A stretch of 64,000 nucleotides of DNA, from IMG/VR virus record IMGVR_UViG_3300042863_001519, positions 30,805 to 94,804 of that record. One strand, given 5' to 3'. This document shows, piece by piece, positions 9,345 through 18,904 of the stretch. The stretch's first letter is position 1. Each line of letters opens with the position of its first letter. The translations under genes and the position numbers were made by a program. The stretch is from a virus. The notes under the pieces are model-generated. The model ran no database searches. It had not been told where the DNA came from and saw only the letters and a list, made by a program, of their open reading frames with translations.

Positions 9345-11420
9345 TTAAAACAAACTTATCTGACCACTTTCTTTCTCTTTTCTATCACGTTGATATATAG
9401 GAGAAATCTTGTCAATTATCTTATTGGTTGCACGTATGTAATACGTATAATCAATACCGTAGTCGTCCCAGTTTTCAGCACTAAAAGGTTTGTTGTACAG
9501 TACCTGGAGCTCACTATCTGATTCACAATTGCTCTTCTCTGGACCTGTTTTATCACTGTTTGGGTTCTTCATCTTATACAACTTCTCACCAATACCTTTT
9601 GAGCAGTAATAACGTACTAGCTTGTTGAGATCAGTTACTGTACCAGTTTTTCTATCAACACTTCGATAGAAGTAATCCCTTGATGCTTTCTTGGCAATAC
9701 AGAAATCGAAGATGTTTCTATGACTTATCACAGTATCTTCAACCGGAATACCCTGAGTAAAGTACTTCTCTAATGCTATAGGAACAATACATTTACTCTT
9801 GTTCTTGTGCAACTCATAACTTGTAAGGAAATCACCTTTCTTTTTTACTCTTTTGTCAAGAGGTTTGTCAATAACTATTGCTTTAAACTCACCATCTTTA
9901 AATACCCAGTCAGCTTTCTTTACTGCCAGATAATCATTAACGGATGTTTGTACAAACAATTCGTACTCTACATACTCCAAGTTACCAAGAATGTCATTAC
10001 CAACTTCTTCTTCCCATGTTTTACATGCATCATAATACTTCTGTACATAATCTTGATGAATCAGTACAGTAATACCATCGGTATTCATACTAGTTATCTT
10101 GAGTGTTGGTATTTGTAGCAGATCCTCAGCTAACATAAATAGATCAACTTGACCACCAATAGTTACTTGCATACTTGCAAATGGGTCATATTGCCAATCA
10201 AACCTATCACCAAGTCGGCCAAAATTCCCATTCATTACTAATTTATAACATTCTTGGAAATTATCATACTTCTTATCACCGGTTTCCTTATACAACTTTT
10301 TAGCCTCTAGTCTCTTTGGAATGTTTATCACATATGCTTCATTCCACTTTGGTCCAAGGTGTGCAGGATAAATGTTTCTTTTACGTATGTTGTTAGGATA
10401 CTGTGAGCCTACGTCAGCATCAATTAGTAGATAACCTTTAGGTATATCAATAATTCTAGGGTTATCTGCAGAGTGTACACCACCCTTTGCAAACATTATT
10501 GTAATGTCAGTAAGAATAAATGGGAACTCCTGTTTTTCATTGAGATTAACCTTTGTCTTACCCAAGTTTGTAAAAAAGTTATTAAACTCAGCTGTATCAA
10601 AATGAGTGTAGTCAGGAAAGCAATCCTTAAATCGGAAACCTGTTTTAGTTTTCCTCTCTTTTACTTTACTATACAACTGAGCTTCATTGATCTTTGCCAG
10701 ATCCATGTACACTTTCTTGTTTAGCTCGGCACCGATCTTAACATCATTCCAGTTAATTGCAAGAGATGGAAACTTATACTCCTCAATAAGATCAAGTCGT
10801 AACTGTACTTTGTTCTTCCCTGCATAATCAGGATGATTAGTATTACCTACTGCAATGTTGTAGAGATTTGCTGTAGCAGCTACATCGTTCCAACAATACT
10901 CAATAACTTCATCAATCTCTTCAGAAGTTAACTCTTCTTTACGAAAGTCAATAGGCAATTCTTCGATGTTACCATCTAAAGAAAACTCTCCAGCCCACTT
11001 CAAAGAACATCTCTTGGCATCATTGTTGTAGTGAAACAACAGAAACAGATCAATCTGTTTGAAGTCAAGATAATGTTCTTTGTAGTGAGGTTGTAATTCG
11101 TAGTTCCTATCATCAATCGTCTTTTGTGCAAACTCAAATATAGCTCTGATGATACGTTCAACCGGCCAGTGTATCCACAATGAACAGTTATCTACTATAA
11201 ACTGAAGTACTTGGGTATCAAAGTAAACTCCATTAAAAGTACAAAATCCCCATCTGTTATACTCAATTAAATGTTTTACAAGAGCATCTAATTGATTTTT
11301 CCTAGATGAAATTTCATACTGAAATCTTTCATTAGTTTTTATATCAAGACCGCAAAACAAAAACATTGAGTAATAGGTTTCAATATCTATCACTTCTATT
11401 TTTAAATCTTCACTTTTCAT
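9345..11420 (-). CDS. polB: family B DNA polymerase
   Basis: ExoI DIETY, ExoII FNGVYFD, ExoIII YCWNDV; polymerase motifs DVGSQYP, KLVMNGNFG, NTDG. Confidence 0.93.
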   Translation of the reverse strand: MKSEDLKIEVIDIETYYSMFLFCGLDIKTNERFQYEISSRKNQLDALVKHLIEYNRWGFCTFNGVYFDTQVLQFIVDNCSLWIHWPVERIIRAIFEFAQKTIDDRNYELQPHYKEHYLDFKQIDLFLLFHYNNDAKRCSLKWAGEFSLDGNIEELPIDFRKEELTSEEIDEVIEYCWNDVAATANLYNIAVGNTNHPDYAGKNKVQLRLDLIEEYKFPSLAINWNDVKIGAELNKKVYMDLAKINEAQLYSKVKERKTKTGFRFKDCFPDYTHFDTAEFNNFFTNLGKTKVNLNEKQEFPFILTDITIMFAKGGVHSADNPRIIDIPKGYLLIDADVGSQYPNNIRKRNIYPAHLGPKWNEAYVINIPKRLEAKKLYKETGDKKYDNFQECYKLVMNGNFGRLGDRFDWQYDPFASMQVTIGGQVDLFMLAEDLLQIPTLKITSMNTDGITVLIHQDYVQKYYDACKTWEEEVGNDILGNLEYVEYELFVQTSVNDYLAVKKADWVFKDGEFKAIVIDKPLDKRVKKKGDFLTSYELHKNKSKCIVPIALEKYFTQGIPVEDTVISHRNIFDFCIAKKASRDYFYRSVDRKTGTVTDLNKLVRYYCSKGIGEKLYKMKNPNSDKTGPEKSNCESDSELQVLYNKPFSAENWDDYGIDYTYYIRATNKIIDKISPIYQRDRKEKESGQISLF

Positions 11421-12192
11421 TCTTTTTGGTTTTTATTCTATTATTTACAATAGGGTATCTATCATACATCAAAAGAAATTCCTTAATTTTTCTACAATTT
11501 GCTGCATATATTCTTACAGTAGATGTTGCACAGTTTAAATAATTTGCACATTTTTCATCATTATTAAAAGTTTCAACAACTGTGTAATCTAAATTACAAA
11601 GCAATAGTGTTCTTCTATTTTTAAAAGTTTTTCCTTTTGTTTTGCTAATTCTTTTTTCTATAGAAGATTTACTTTTTTTCTTACCTTTCCAATAATCACT
11701 TATTTTCTTTTTATGATCAATTGTTAAAAGTTTTCCTGTATTTGCTGCAATAATTGCGGATAAAGTATTAGGGTGCTGAGGTCTTCCTTTCATTTGTTTT
11801 GATTTTTTTGCCTTAAAATCATCACTATGTCGAAAACCTGCATTTGTGCCGGCTATTTGAACAATATTGTACTTTAATTCTATTGGATATTTATCTAAAT
11901 AAAATTGTTCACGAGAGAGTATAAATTTTATCATTTCTTGCTTTGAAACAAACTGACTTTTATCATACTGTTCAATAATCTCAAAATAAAAATTATCTGC
12001 ACCATACTTGTTATAAGCATTTTGCATCTTTTTACAACCGTGTACATTTTTATTTAGTTCTTTTAAATGTAGATGATACCTGTTACTAAAACTACAAAAA
12101 GAACTGCCTATATAAACTTTGTTTGAAATAGGAGTATATATTTGATATACTCCTATTTTTATACCTTCTCCTCTTATTAGTAATGATTTCAT
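11410..12192 (-). CDS. GIY-YIG homing endonuclease with NUMOD3-type repeats (probable start 12192)
   Basis: GVYQI...VYIGSS, Arg and Glu of the nuclease core, HSDDFKAKKS and HKKKIS repeats; TATTTTTG 4 nt before the ATG. Confidence 0.9.
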   Translation of the reverse strand: MKSLLIRGEGIKIGVYQIYTPISNKVYIGSSFCSFSNRYHLHLKELNKNVHGCKKMQNAYNKYGADNFYFEIIEQYDKSQFVSKQEMIKFILSREQFYLDKYPIELKYNIVQIAGTNAGFRHSDDFKAKKSKQMKGRPQHPNTLSAIIAANTGKLLTIDHKKKISDYWKGKKKSKSSIEKRISKTKGKTFKNRRTLLLCNLDYTVVETFNNDEKCANYLNCATSTVRIYAANCRKIKEFLLMYDRYPIVNNRIKTKKNEK

Positions 12193-12222
12193 TTTACAAA
12201 AATAGTAAAATTTTATCAAAGT

Positions 12223-12270
12223 TTACGACTTTAAAAATAAAATCTCTAATCTGAGTTCTTCTGTCTTCAT
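12223..12270 (-). pseudogene. stranded copy of the polB N-terminus (MKTEELRLEILFLKS*)
   Basis: First 10 aa match polB MKSEDLKIEV; ATG overlaps the upstream gene's TGA. Confidence 0.75.
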
Positions 12271-12461
12271 TTTACTTCTTCCTTTTGTTTTTTGCTGATT
12301 ATTACAGTATCTACCAATGCTTTGTCAAAGATTTGTATTTTGTCATAAAAGTGATTCTCTACATCACCTTTGAAAAGTTCCTGTAGCATCATCTTCTCCA
12401 AATCATTCTCTGGGGTAAGTGCTAGTTCTATCTTACCATTGATAGCAAAGTTACATTTCAT
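12267..12461 (-). CDS. hypothetical protein
   Basis: 64-aa ORF with ATGA couplings. Confidence 0.7.
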   Translation of the reverse strand: MKCNFAINGKIELALTPENDLEKMMLQELFKGDVENHFYDKIQIFDKALVDTVIISKKQKEEVK

Positions 12462-12766
12462 GCTTTTTTATTTAAGATACTATCAATGAGGTTATGTGAG
12501 TGAATGGCTATGGTGCCATAGTTGTAACCTACGGTTGCTCTTGGGTTTCTTACTTTCTTTCTAAGCTGCTCCCTTGCTTCTATCACAGCACTCTGCAGTT
12601 CTTGCTTCCTACGTTCAGATGCTTGCCACTTCTGCTCTCTTGTGGCACGTACATAAGTACGGCTTATAAACTCCTTAGAAGGGGCTGGTTTTGGCTCAGG
12701 GCAATATGCTGTTCCCATAATAGCTGATCCTGCAAATAAGAGGATACGTTTCGTGTTATTTTGCAT
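12458..12766 (-). CDS. hypothetical protein
   Basis: 102-aa ORF. Confidence 0.6.
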   Translation of the reverse strand: MQNNTKRILLFAGSAIMGTAYCPEPKPAPSKEFISRTYVRATREQKWQASERRKQELQSAVIEAREQLRKKVRNPRATVGYNYGTIAIHSHNLIDSILNKKA

Positions 12767-12793
12767 GTTATTGGTTTTTGATTGTGAAAAATG

Positions 12794-13339
12794 TTATAAT
12801 CCTTTTTTAATCTTCTCTATACAACCAGCATAACCAGCAAGGTCAACTAGAGAGTCTTGTTTCTCACAGTTGTCTTTATTGGCTCTACAGATCTTCAACC
12901 AGGCCATCATCAAACCTACTTGCTCAGGGGTAATAGTTGCTTTTGTAATTACTTCCCATCCTTTAGCAATATCTTTGAAGTTGTCAGATGTCTTACCATA
13001 GTCTTTTTCTCGGTCTCCGTATATAAGACCTTTAGCTGTATCTAGAATAGTATGACCAGGTGCTGATTGAATGTCGGGTTGTTGCTCGGTATGGTTTTGT
13101 GTAGGCTTACTCTCCAAACTTGCAATGAAATCGGAGTAGGTAATTTCGGGTAGTTTAGCATTGTCGTTGTAATTGTAATATATCCCTTCATGGCTAGATG
13201 GGTCTATTCTAAAAAATAGAAATTCATCATCAAAATGTATTGCAGATTTCAACCCATACCCCCTTGCCAATTCCGCTAAGTGGTTCAATTCTTGCTCCGT
13301 TGCGAACTTAATCGCTTTGCCTTCAAATGGGTTTGTCAT
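12794..13339 (-). CDS. DUF6378-like domain fused to an N-terminal domain shared with 26305..26748
   Basis: GDREKDYG...NF..IA..W...VGLMMAWLKICR...DSLVDLAGYA. Confidence 0.75.
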   Translation of the reverse strand: MTNPFEGKAIKFATEQELNHLAELARGYGLKSAIHFDDEFLFFRIDPSSHEGIYYNYNDNAKLPEITYSDFIASLESKPTQNHTEQQPDIQSAPGHTILDTAKGLIYGDREKDYGKTSDNFKDIAKGWEVITKATITPEQVGLMMAWLKICRANKDNCEKQDSLVDLAGYAGCIEKIKKGL

Positions 13340-13353
13340 GTGTTATGTTGTTT

Positions 13354-13737
13354 TTAGTTTTTACAATATTTGTTAATAAGAATTTCTTTGTACTCTTTCC
13401 CTTCTTTTGTTAAACCGTTTTCATCCCAGTAATCAGGTAGGTCATGAAAAGATTGAAGATGTTGCCATACATTTATGGCTATATTACTATATTCTTCTTT
13501 CATCTCTTTAAAAACATCTTCTTCCTCTATTTCTATATTATTTTTATGAAGACCAACTACACCACAATCATAATTTTGCTTAGGGTCTAGCATACATCTT
13601 CCAACAGCACACATATTACCTGTTTCCTTATTATAGTACTCACAAAGACCAGTTTTATTAACAGCTCTTCTCTCAGGATTATTCTCATAGTATTCAATAG
13701 TCTCTAGTACTAGTTCTTTTACAGTTTTCTTTTTCAT
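13354..13737 (-). CDS. hypothetical phage protein
   Basis: CEY...MCAVGRCM...LQSFHD pattern. Confidence 0.7.
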   Translation of the reverse strand: MKKKTVKELVLETIEYYENNPERRAVNKTGLCEYYNKETGNMCAVGRCMLDPKQNYDCGVVGLHKNNIEIEEEDVFKEMKEEYSNIAINVWQHLQSFHDLPDYWDENGLTKEGKEYKEILINKYCKN

Positions 13738-13738
13738 G

Positions 13739-14191
13739 TTATTTTGTTGCTTTTACGGCTAATCCAGCCTCGATTAAAGATGGTATGTGTAGGTAGCCAC
13801 AATCGTAATGCTTTGAGCGTAGGAAGTCGATAATTTGACACCAAGACAATGCAGAAACATTAGTTTGCCTGTTGATGTAAATAGTTACCAGTTCCCTACC
13901 AGCAATAATAATAGATTCTATTGCTTGATACCTACATTGAGCAATCTTCGCCACCTCAATCGCATCATCATCCGTTATCTCGGATAGTGGGGTTAGGATT
14001 GGTTTAATCTCTCCGTAAAATGCAAAGTTTTGTATGGGGCTTTTGACTACATTATTATTCATGTATTCGTACCAAACCCTTGTTTTATTAATAGAATTAA
14101 CATTGCCAATTCTATTTTGTCTAGTGTCCTTTACCTCGCAGCCCATATAAGCCGCAAACATTCCCATTAAAAATTCGTTCGTGTATTCCAT
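13739..14191 (-). CDS. hypothetical phage protein
   Basis: KPILTPLSEIT...LIEAGLA pattern common in Bacteroidota phage genes. Confidence 0.7.
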   Translation of the reverse strand: MEYTNEFLMGMFAAYMGCEVKDTRQNRIGNVNSINKTRVWYEYMNNNVVKSPIQNFAFYGEIKPILTPLSEITDDDAIEVAKIAQCRYQAIESIIIAGRELVTIYINRQTNVSALSWCQIIDFLRSKHYDCGYLHIPSLIEAGLAVKATK

Positions 14192-14199
14192 GTTATTTT

Positions 14200-14520
14200 A
14201 TTGATGTTACTTTGGTAGGTGAAGATGTGTTTTTGGTAAGATACTGCAACTACTTTACTCACATTGCTCTACCAAAGCTTTTACTGAGAAGTAAGTAACA
14301 GATATTCCTCCCCTATAGTCCCCTCCAATTAAGGAAAAAGCTAAAGTAAGGGCTTTGAGTCAGCTCTGTTCCAGAAACGTGGACTATTTTAAATGAGAAA
14401 ACCCTCATCTGATGAGGACCGGCAAAGGTATCAGAGAGGGTATTCAGAGGAACCAGTCCTCATCATTTTTATCTTAAAGTATGTATTATCCTATTGAAGA
14501 TTTTGCCGGTCCTCTATAGT
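14200..14520 (-). ncRNA. candidate structured RNA or long regulatory leader
   Basis: Non-coding, GC-richer, several competing inverted repeats, directly downstream of TATATTTG (14525..14532). Confidence 0.45.
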
Positions 14521-14524
14521 ATTG

Positions 14525-14556
14525 CAAATATACTACACCCTTTTTCAAATTTCCAA
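14525..14556 (-). promoter_or_regulatory. Bacteroidota sigma70-type promoter
   Basis: -7 TATATTTG with TTG 21 nt upstream. Confidence 0.65.
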
Positions 14557-14571
14557 TAGTTTCTCAGATAT

Positions 14572-15381
14572 TTATTTTCCTACTATCTGCATCAACTGAG
14601 GTGTGCCGAAGTAGAGTGGTTGACGAGTCTTTTCCCATGCCCGGATGAACTCAAGCTGCAGGATCTCTTTGGTAATACCTTTGCTACGGATAAGCATCTG
14701 CTCCGTTTTCAAGGCCTCCAGTTCGTTCAGCTTACGTTGCTCAATGATCTGCTGATCCAGTACAGATACGTTGGTATTTACCTCATTACGGCTATCTATC
14801 TTGGCTTTTACCTTATCACTAAAGTCAAGCTGGCAAGAGAATGTAATAAGCTCCAGACCCTTTGCTTCGAATGCATCTGTAACCTTCTTCTGAACATCCT
14901 GCTCAAAACGTAATGAACCACCGTTTGCCATCAGTGTATCAGTAAGATACTTCCGGCTCTCTTCCTTCATGATATCATAGATCTTAGTCTCCAGGATATT
15001 ATCTTCCAAAGCTTTCATAAAGTCATCACCGGCATCCAGATGTTTGTTCTCAAATACTACATCGACTGCACGTTTCTCCATTATCTTGAAAGAGTAGATA
15101 GGTTTTGAGGTAAACTCAGTGTTATCTGCTGCCTTAAGATGAAGAGTCTTATGTGTCTCATCATTGTCATCAAACGATGCACGTTGCTCCCACAGTGGTA
15201 CCTGGAACAGCTCTGTACCGGCACTCATTGTCCACACACGACCTTTCTGCAGACTGAAATCTGCTTTGCCGGCCTTACCGTAATTTTCCATAAGCACACC
15301 GATATAGTTAGGTGCTACACGATCACAAGATGTCATTGTTCCGATCATTGCTACAAGCAGGAAATACATTACTTTTTTCAT
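14572..15381 (-). CDS. SPFH/band-7 domain lipoprotein
   Basis: Lipobox MTSC, RVAPNYIGV start of the SPFH domain, C-terminal coiled coil and IRAW motif. Confidence 0.85.
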   Translation of the reverse strand: MKKVMYFLLVAMIGTMTSCDRVAPNYIGVLMENYGKAGKADFSLQKGRVWTMSAGTELFQVPLWEQRASFDDNDETHKTLHLKAADNTEFTSKPIYSFKIMEKRAVDVVFENKHLDAGDDFMKALEDNILETKIYDIMKEESRKYLTDTLMANGGSLRFEQDVQKKVTDAFEAKGLELITFSCQLDFSDKVKAKIDSRNEVNTNVSVLDQQIIEQRKLNELEALKTEQMLIRSKGITKEILQLEFIRAWEKTRQPLYFGTPQLMQIVGK

Positions 15382-15382
15382 A

Positions 15383-15559
15383 CTACTTCTGGTTTTTGTT
15401 TTTGTTTACGTAATTAATAATAGAATGGATAATCACTACTACTGCAGAAAAACCTGCAATAATCAGAACATAGGGATGTATGTGATTAAATACAATCCCC
15501 GGCACTATACACATAGAGAGTATAGTAAACAACGCAAGGTAAAGTTTGAACTGTTTCAT
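15383..15559 (-). CDS. small two-TM membrane protein (not in ORF track)
   Basis: MKQFKLYLALFTILSMCIVPGIVFNHIHPYVLIIAGFSAVVVIIHSIINYVNKNKNQK; ends 1 nt before the SPFH ATG. Confidence 0.65.
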   Translation of the reverse strand: MKQFKLYLALFTILSMCIVPGIVFNHIHPYVLIIAGFSAVVVIIHSIINYVNKNKNQK

Positions 15560-15568
15560 TTGTTTGTT

Positions 15569-15820
15569 TTAGTTTATCCTTATGAGATGATCAACATCTG
15601 ATGCTTTAAAAAACCATCCACCAATCTTAAAACTAACCTGATAGATGACATTTGGTTGTTTGCTGGTATCTACTGCATAGTACCTGTGTTCTGACATTAC
15701 AAAAGTGCAATGAGGACACGCTTTACGTATCCCCATTGCTCTCTCATTATAATCAGCTTGCATACTTCTACAACTACTAATGCTCAATGCTAGTAGAGCT
15801 ACTATGATTAACTTTTTCAT
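15569..15820 (-). CDS. small lipoprotein
   Basis: MKKLIIVALLALSISSC lipobox; CPHC motif. Confidence 0.7.
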   Translation of the reverse strand: MKKLIIVALLALSISSCRSMQADYNERAMGIRKACPHCTFVMSEHRYYAVDTSKQPNVIYQVSFKIGGWFFKASDVDHLIRIN

Positions 15821-16623
15821 TACTTTCTGTATAATAAAGATGTTACGTCAATAATTGAACCTTTCCTAGCCTTGTAGTTGTATATCTCACCCAATAGTTC
15901 TATGTAGTGAGTGGCATTGGTACAATCTACCATCTTCTTTTGCTGATATCGTAACTTTTCTATAAAGGTGCTAAAGTTGAAACCAGGTATTGTTGAGATC
16001 TTTACAAAAGCAACAGCAAAGCTTCTCTTTTTATAACCGGCATACAACTCTTTTATAGTTAAAAGCATCTCAGCTACCTCTTCAGCTTTCTTCAGATTCT
16101 TTACCTTAAAGCCACCTATCTTAAAATCATTAAGCATCTGGTTGTAAAAGGTTTCTGTATCACTAAGCAGCATAATATTGATTGCATGACCAAGTTTGTA
16201 CTTCTTTTCAAACTCTTCATACATTTCATAGTCTTTGTTGCCAGTGGTACTGAAGCTATTTACAAACTCAGCAGTACTCCAACGAGAATCATGGTCATTA
16301 ATAGCCCTGACTGTCTCAATGCTGGCACCTTTTACTACATAGTAGTAGAATGGTCTATCTAACCTTTTAGAAGCCTCCAAGCGATGTTGTCCATCAATGA
16401 TCTCAAACTTCTCATTGCATTGTGCAGGTGCAACTGTTTCTGGAAAGTTTTTCATCTTATCCATTACTGAGAGTACACGTCTTTCATCAATAATTCTGTT
16501 ACCACCAATGTATTTAAACATTGCATAGTTTTTAGTTGATGATATTTGATATTGTTTCTGTAGCATGTTATTGCTTTTTAGATGTGAATAAAAATTAAAG
16601 AAATACTCCGTGTTGTTCTTCAA
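15820..16623 (-). CDS. ParB/Srx N-terminal-domain protein
   Basis: GNR...IIDGQHRLEA motif. Confidence 0.75.
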   Translation of the reverse strand: MKNNTEYFFNFYSHLKSNNMLQKQYQISSTKNYAMFKYIGGNRIIDERRVLSVMDKMKNFPETVAPAQCNEKFEIIDGQHRLEASKRLDRPFYYYVVKGASIETVRAINDHDSRWSTAEFVNSFSTTGNKDYEMYEEFEKKYKLGHAINIMLLSDTETFYNQMLNDFKIGGFKVKNLKKAEEVAEMLLTIKELYAGYKKRSFAVAFVKISTIPGFNFSTFIEKLRYQQKKMVDCTNATHYIELLGEIYNYKARKGSIIDVTSLLYRK

Positions 16624-18769
16624 GAGAAGCTAACCATTTGTTAAACAGATGGTCTTGAAATGCTCTTGAGCAATCTTCATGTTTTGTAAGCAGGTGCTCA
16701 TTTTCTTCTATCAAAGTAACAGCAATCTCTCTAATACCTTTTTCAAACTGCTTTGAGGAGATATAGATAGTATTGTTTTTTGCAAGACCTAGTACAGATA
16801 CCTGGCTGAATGTTACTACTTCGATAGGATAACTTATCTCATACTTCATATCAGTGAGTGCTTCAACAGCTTTCTTCAGTTGATAATCCATTTTTGGAGT
16901 AGTCTTTACAGGAATGGTAAAAATATCATTATCTTTATCAACACCACATACTTCCACTTCTGGGAAATCTTCTTTGATCTTTCTTGCCAATGATTTTGAA
17001 ACAATCAGATGCGGTTCTGTTAACCTGTCTACATAAAAACCACTAAGATCCTGATTGATAACTATCCTGTTACCAATTGCATCTCTCCATGCAGAGTTCA
17101 ATTTACGATATGAATCATGAAACTCAAGAGTTGTCTCGATAAACATTGCATCTTTAAAGGCACACTGCATAATAGTTGATGCAACATCTTTAGTTGCATG
17201 TTCCATCAGAAAGTCTCTAATTATTCTTCTTGCACCATACATATTATCTATTACTCTACTCTCGTTAATAGTAAAGTCAGGAAGATCGTAATGATACAAT
17301 GCTTCGCCTGCATCATAACATCTGATACCTCTACGATACAATATTCTCTGGTGCTTCTTACAGATATTCGGAAATACTTTCCCTACAGGTAGATCAATTA
17401 TTGCATCTGTTCTATCAAATGAGAAGTAGGTATCCCAGTTGTTGATTACTTCTTTTATCTGAGCTACATGCTCGATATAGAAACGTGTGTAACCTTCTTT
17501 ACCGGTTACTATTTCTGTACTGGGTATTACGTTATTCTCACCCTCGTCAATAGCATTAGATACAAACTCACGCACTGCCATCCAAGTATCCCACTGTGGT
17601 CCCATATCAGTAGTAAGAGATGTTTCCCTACCATCTATCAATATCTTCTCAAAGCTCTTATCTCTAAAAGCTACAGGTTCTGTTGATAGTACTAACTCCT
17701 TCTCACCAGAGAAGATACGTAATCCTATCTTAGCTTTGAGTAAAAGAGCTATTGCATACTTGTTACCTGAGCCATCAGGTATGTTAACTTATAGTTTCCT
17801 ATAAGATCGGACTATATCATCACCCTTCTCATTAAGAGTTAGGGGCCGGGCACTTATACTGGTAATTAAGAACACTATAGTTCTCCAGTAGTCTCTGAAC
17901 CTTTATAGAGTGTACTCTATACTTGGATGCTGATTGGCATATCATTTCTGACTTAGCTTTCCAGCAGTTCACCTCGGTTTTTATTTTCATCCATCTCTGG
18001 AAGGGGTTTCATGGCTCTTTTGTAATTTCTAAGTTCTAAAATAGACATAGGTTTGAGATACTCTTTTTCAAAGTTGCAACTAGCAAAATCTTTAAAATAA
18101 TATCTGTTTGCAGAATCATAAAATATAGCAGCATAAAAAGAATCTTTAAATCTTCCAATTTTTGTTGGACCAGCTCCTTTTTTTATAGTAATTGAAGAGG
18201 AATAATAATGATAAATTTTTCTACCGTTATTATCAGATGTAAGTTGTACACCTCTATATCCGGTTTTATTATCTACCCTTAATAACTTCTTTTTACTATT
18301 GTTTTCATTAGTACATACTCTAAGATTAACAATTCTATTGTCATCTTTTATGTTGTTAATATGATCAATTTGCATATTATCAGGAATTAATGTACCTGTA
18401 TGCAAAAACCAACATAATCTGTGGTATGTGCTTCTATATTCTATATTATCTACTGTAATGTAGATACATTCTCTATAACCTTTTATTGTCTTTCTTGTGT
18501 AAAGTCTATTTTTACGAATGTTGTTTATCTCACCAGTATTGAGATCATAACTAAACATACGCTTGAACACATCTTTTACTCTTTCAGAACTTGCTTCATT
18601 AAATGTTTTTCGGACTCTTTTCATGAAGCAAATATACAAAATTTTATTCTTAAAACCCAATCATTGTAGTACTATCTCTCTTGGTAGAACCACCCATCAG
18701 TGTGAGTGCATTTACATCAATTTGTCCTTTGTTCTCGATAAGGAGAAACTGCTTGTTTGTGTTTTCCAT
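16595..18769 (-). CDS. GHKL/HATPase-fold protein, 432 aa after splicing (exon 1 18769..18652, exon 2 17775..16595)
   Basis: Spliced junction restores MGGSTKRDSTTMIGF-Y-GSGNKYAIALLL; also REFVSNAIDE; C-terminal EENEH. Confidence 0.85.
17776..18651 (-). mobile_element. group I self-splicing intron with endonuclease in loop L1
   Basis: P AACUGCUGGAAA, Q AAUCAGCAUC, R UUCAGAGACUA, S GAUAUAGUCC; IGS 18004..18017 pairs with both exons; terminal G at 17776. Confidence 0.93.
17953..18624 (-). CDS. HNH-AP2 homing endonuclease (intron encoded)
   Basis: HRLCW...IDHINNIKDDNRIVNLR (HNH); NKTGYRGV...IGRF...AA..YD (AP2); TATATTTG 4 nt before ATG 18624. Confidence 0.9.
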   Translation of the reverse strand: MKRVRKTFNEASSERVKDVFKRMFSYDLNTGEINNIRKNRLYTRKTIKGYRECIYITVDNIEYRSTYHRLCWFLHTGTLIPDNMQIDHINNIKDDNRIVNLRVCTNENNSKKKLLRVDNKTGYRGVQLTSDNNGRKIYHYYSSSITIKKGAGPTKIGRFKDSFYAAIFYDSANRYYFKDFASCNFEKEYLKPMSILELRNYKRAMKPLPEMDENKNRGELLES

Positions 18770-18904
18770 TTTTTTTGTGTGTTTAAAAGTTAAAAATGAT
18801 TAATTTACCCAACTCCATGTTGGTACATCCATTTGAATTGCAAGTAACTCTACGTATTCTTTCATGTTTTTGTATTTACCTGTTAAAAAATTAATTATTT
18901 GTGC

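Noticed and set aside
14409-14445. CTGATGAG suggesting a hammerhead ribozyme
   Set aside because: No GAAA follows a stem II on either strand, so the catalytic core is incomplete.
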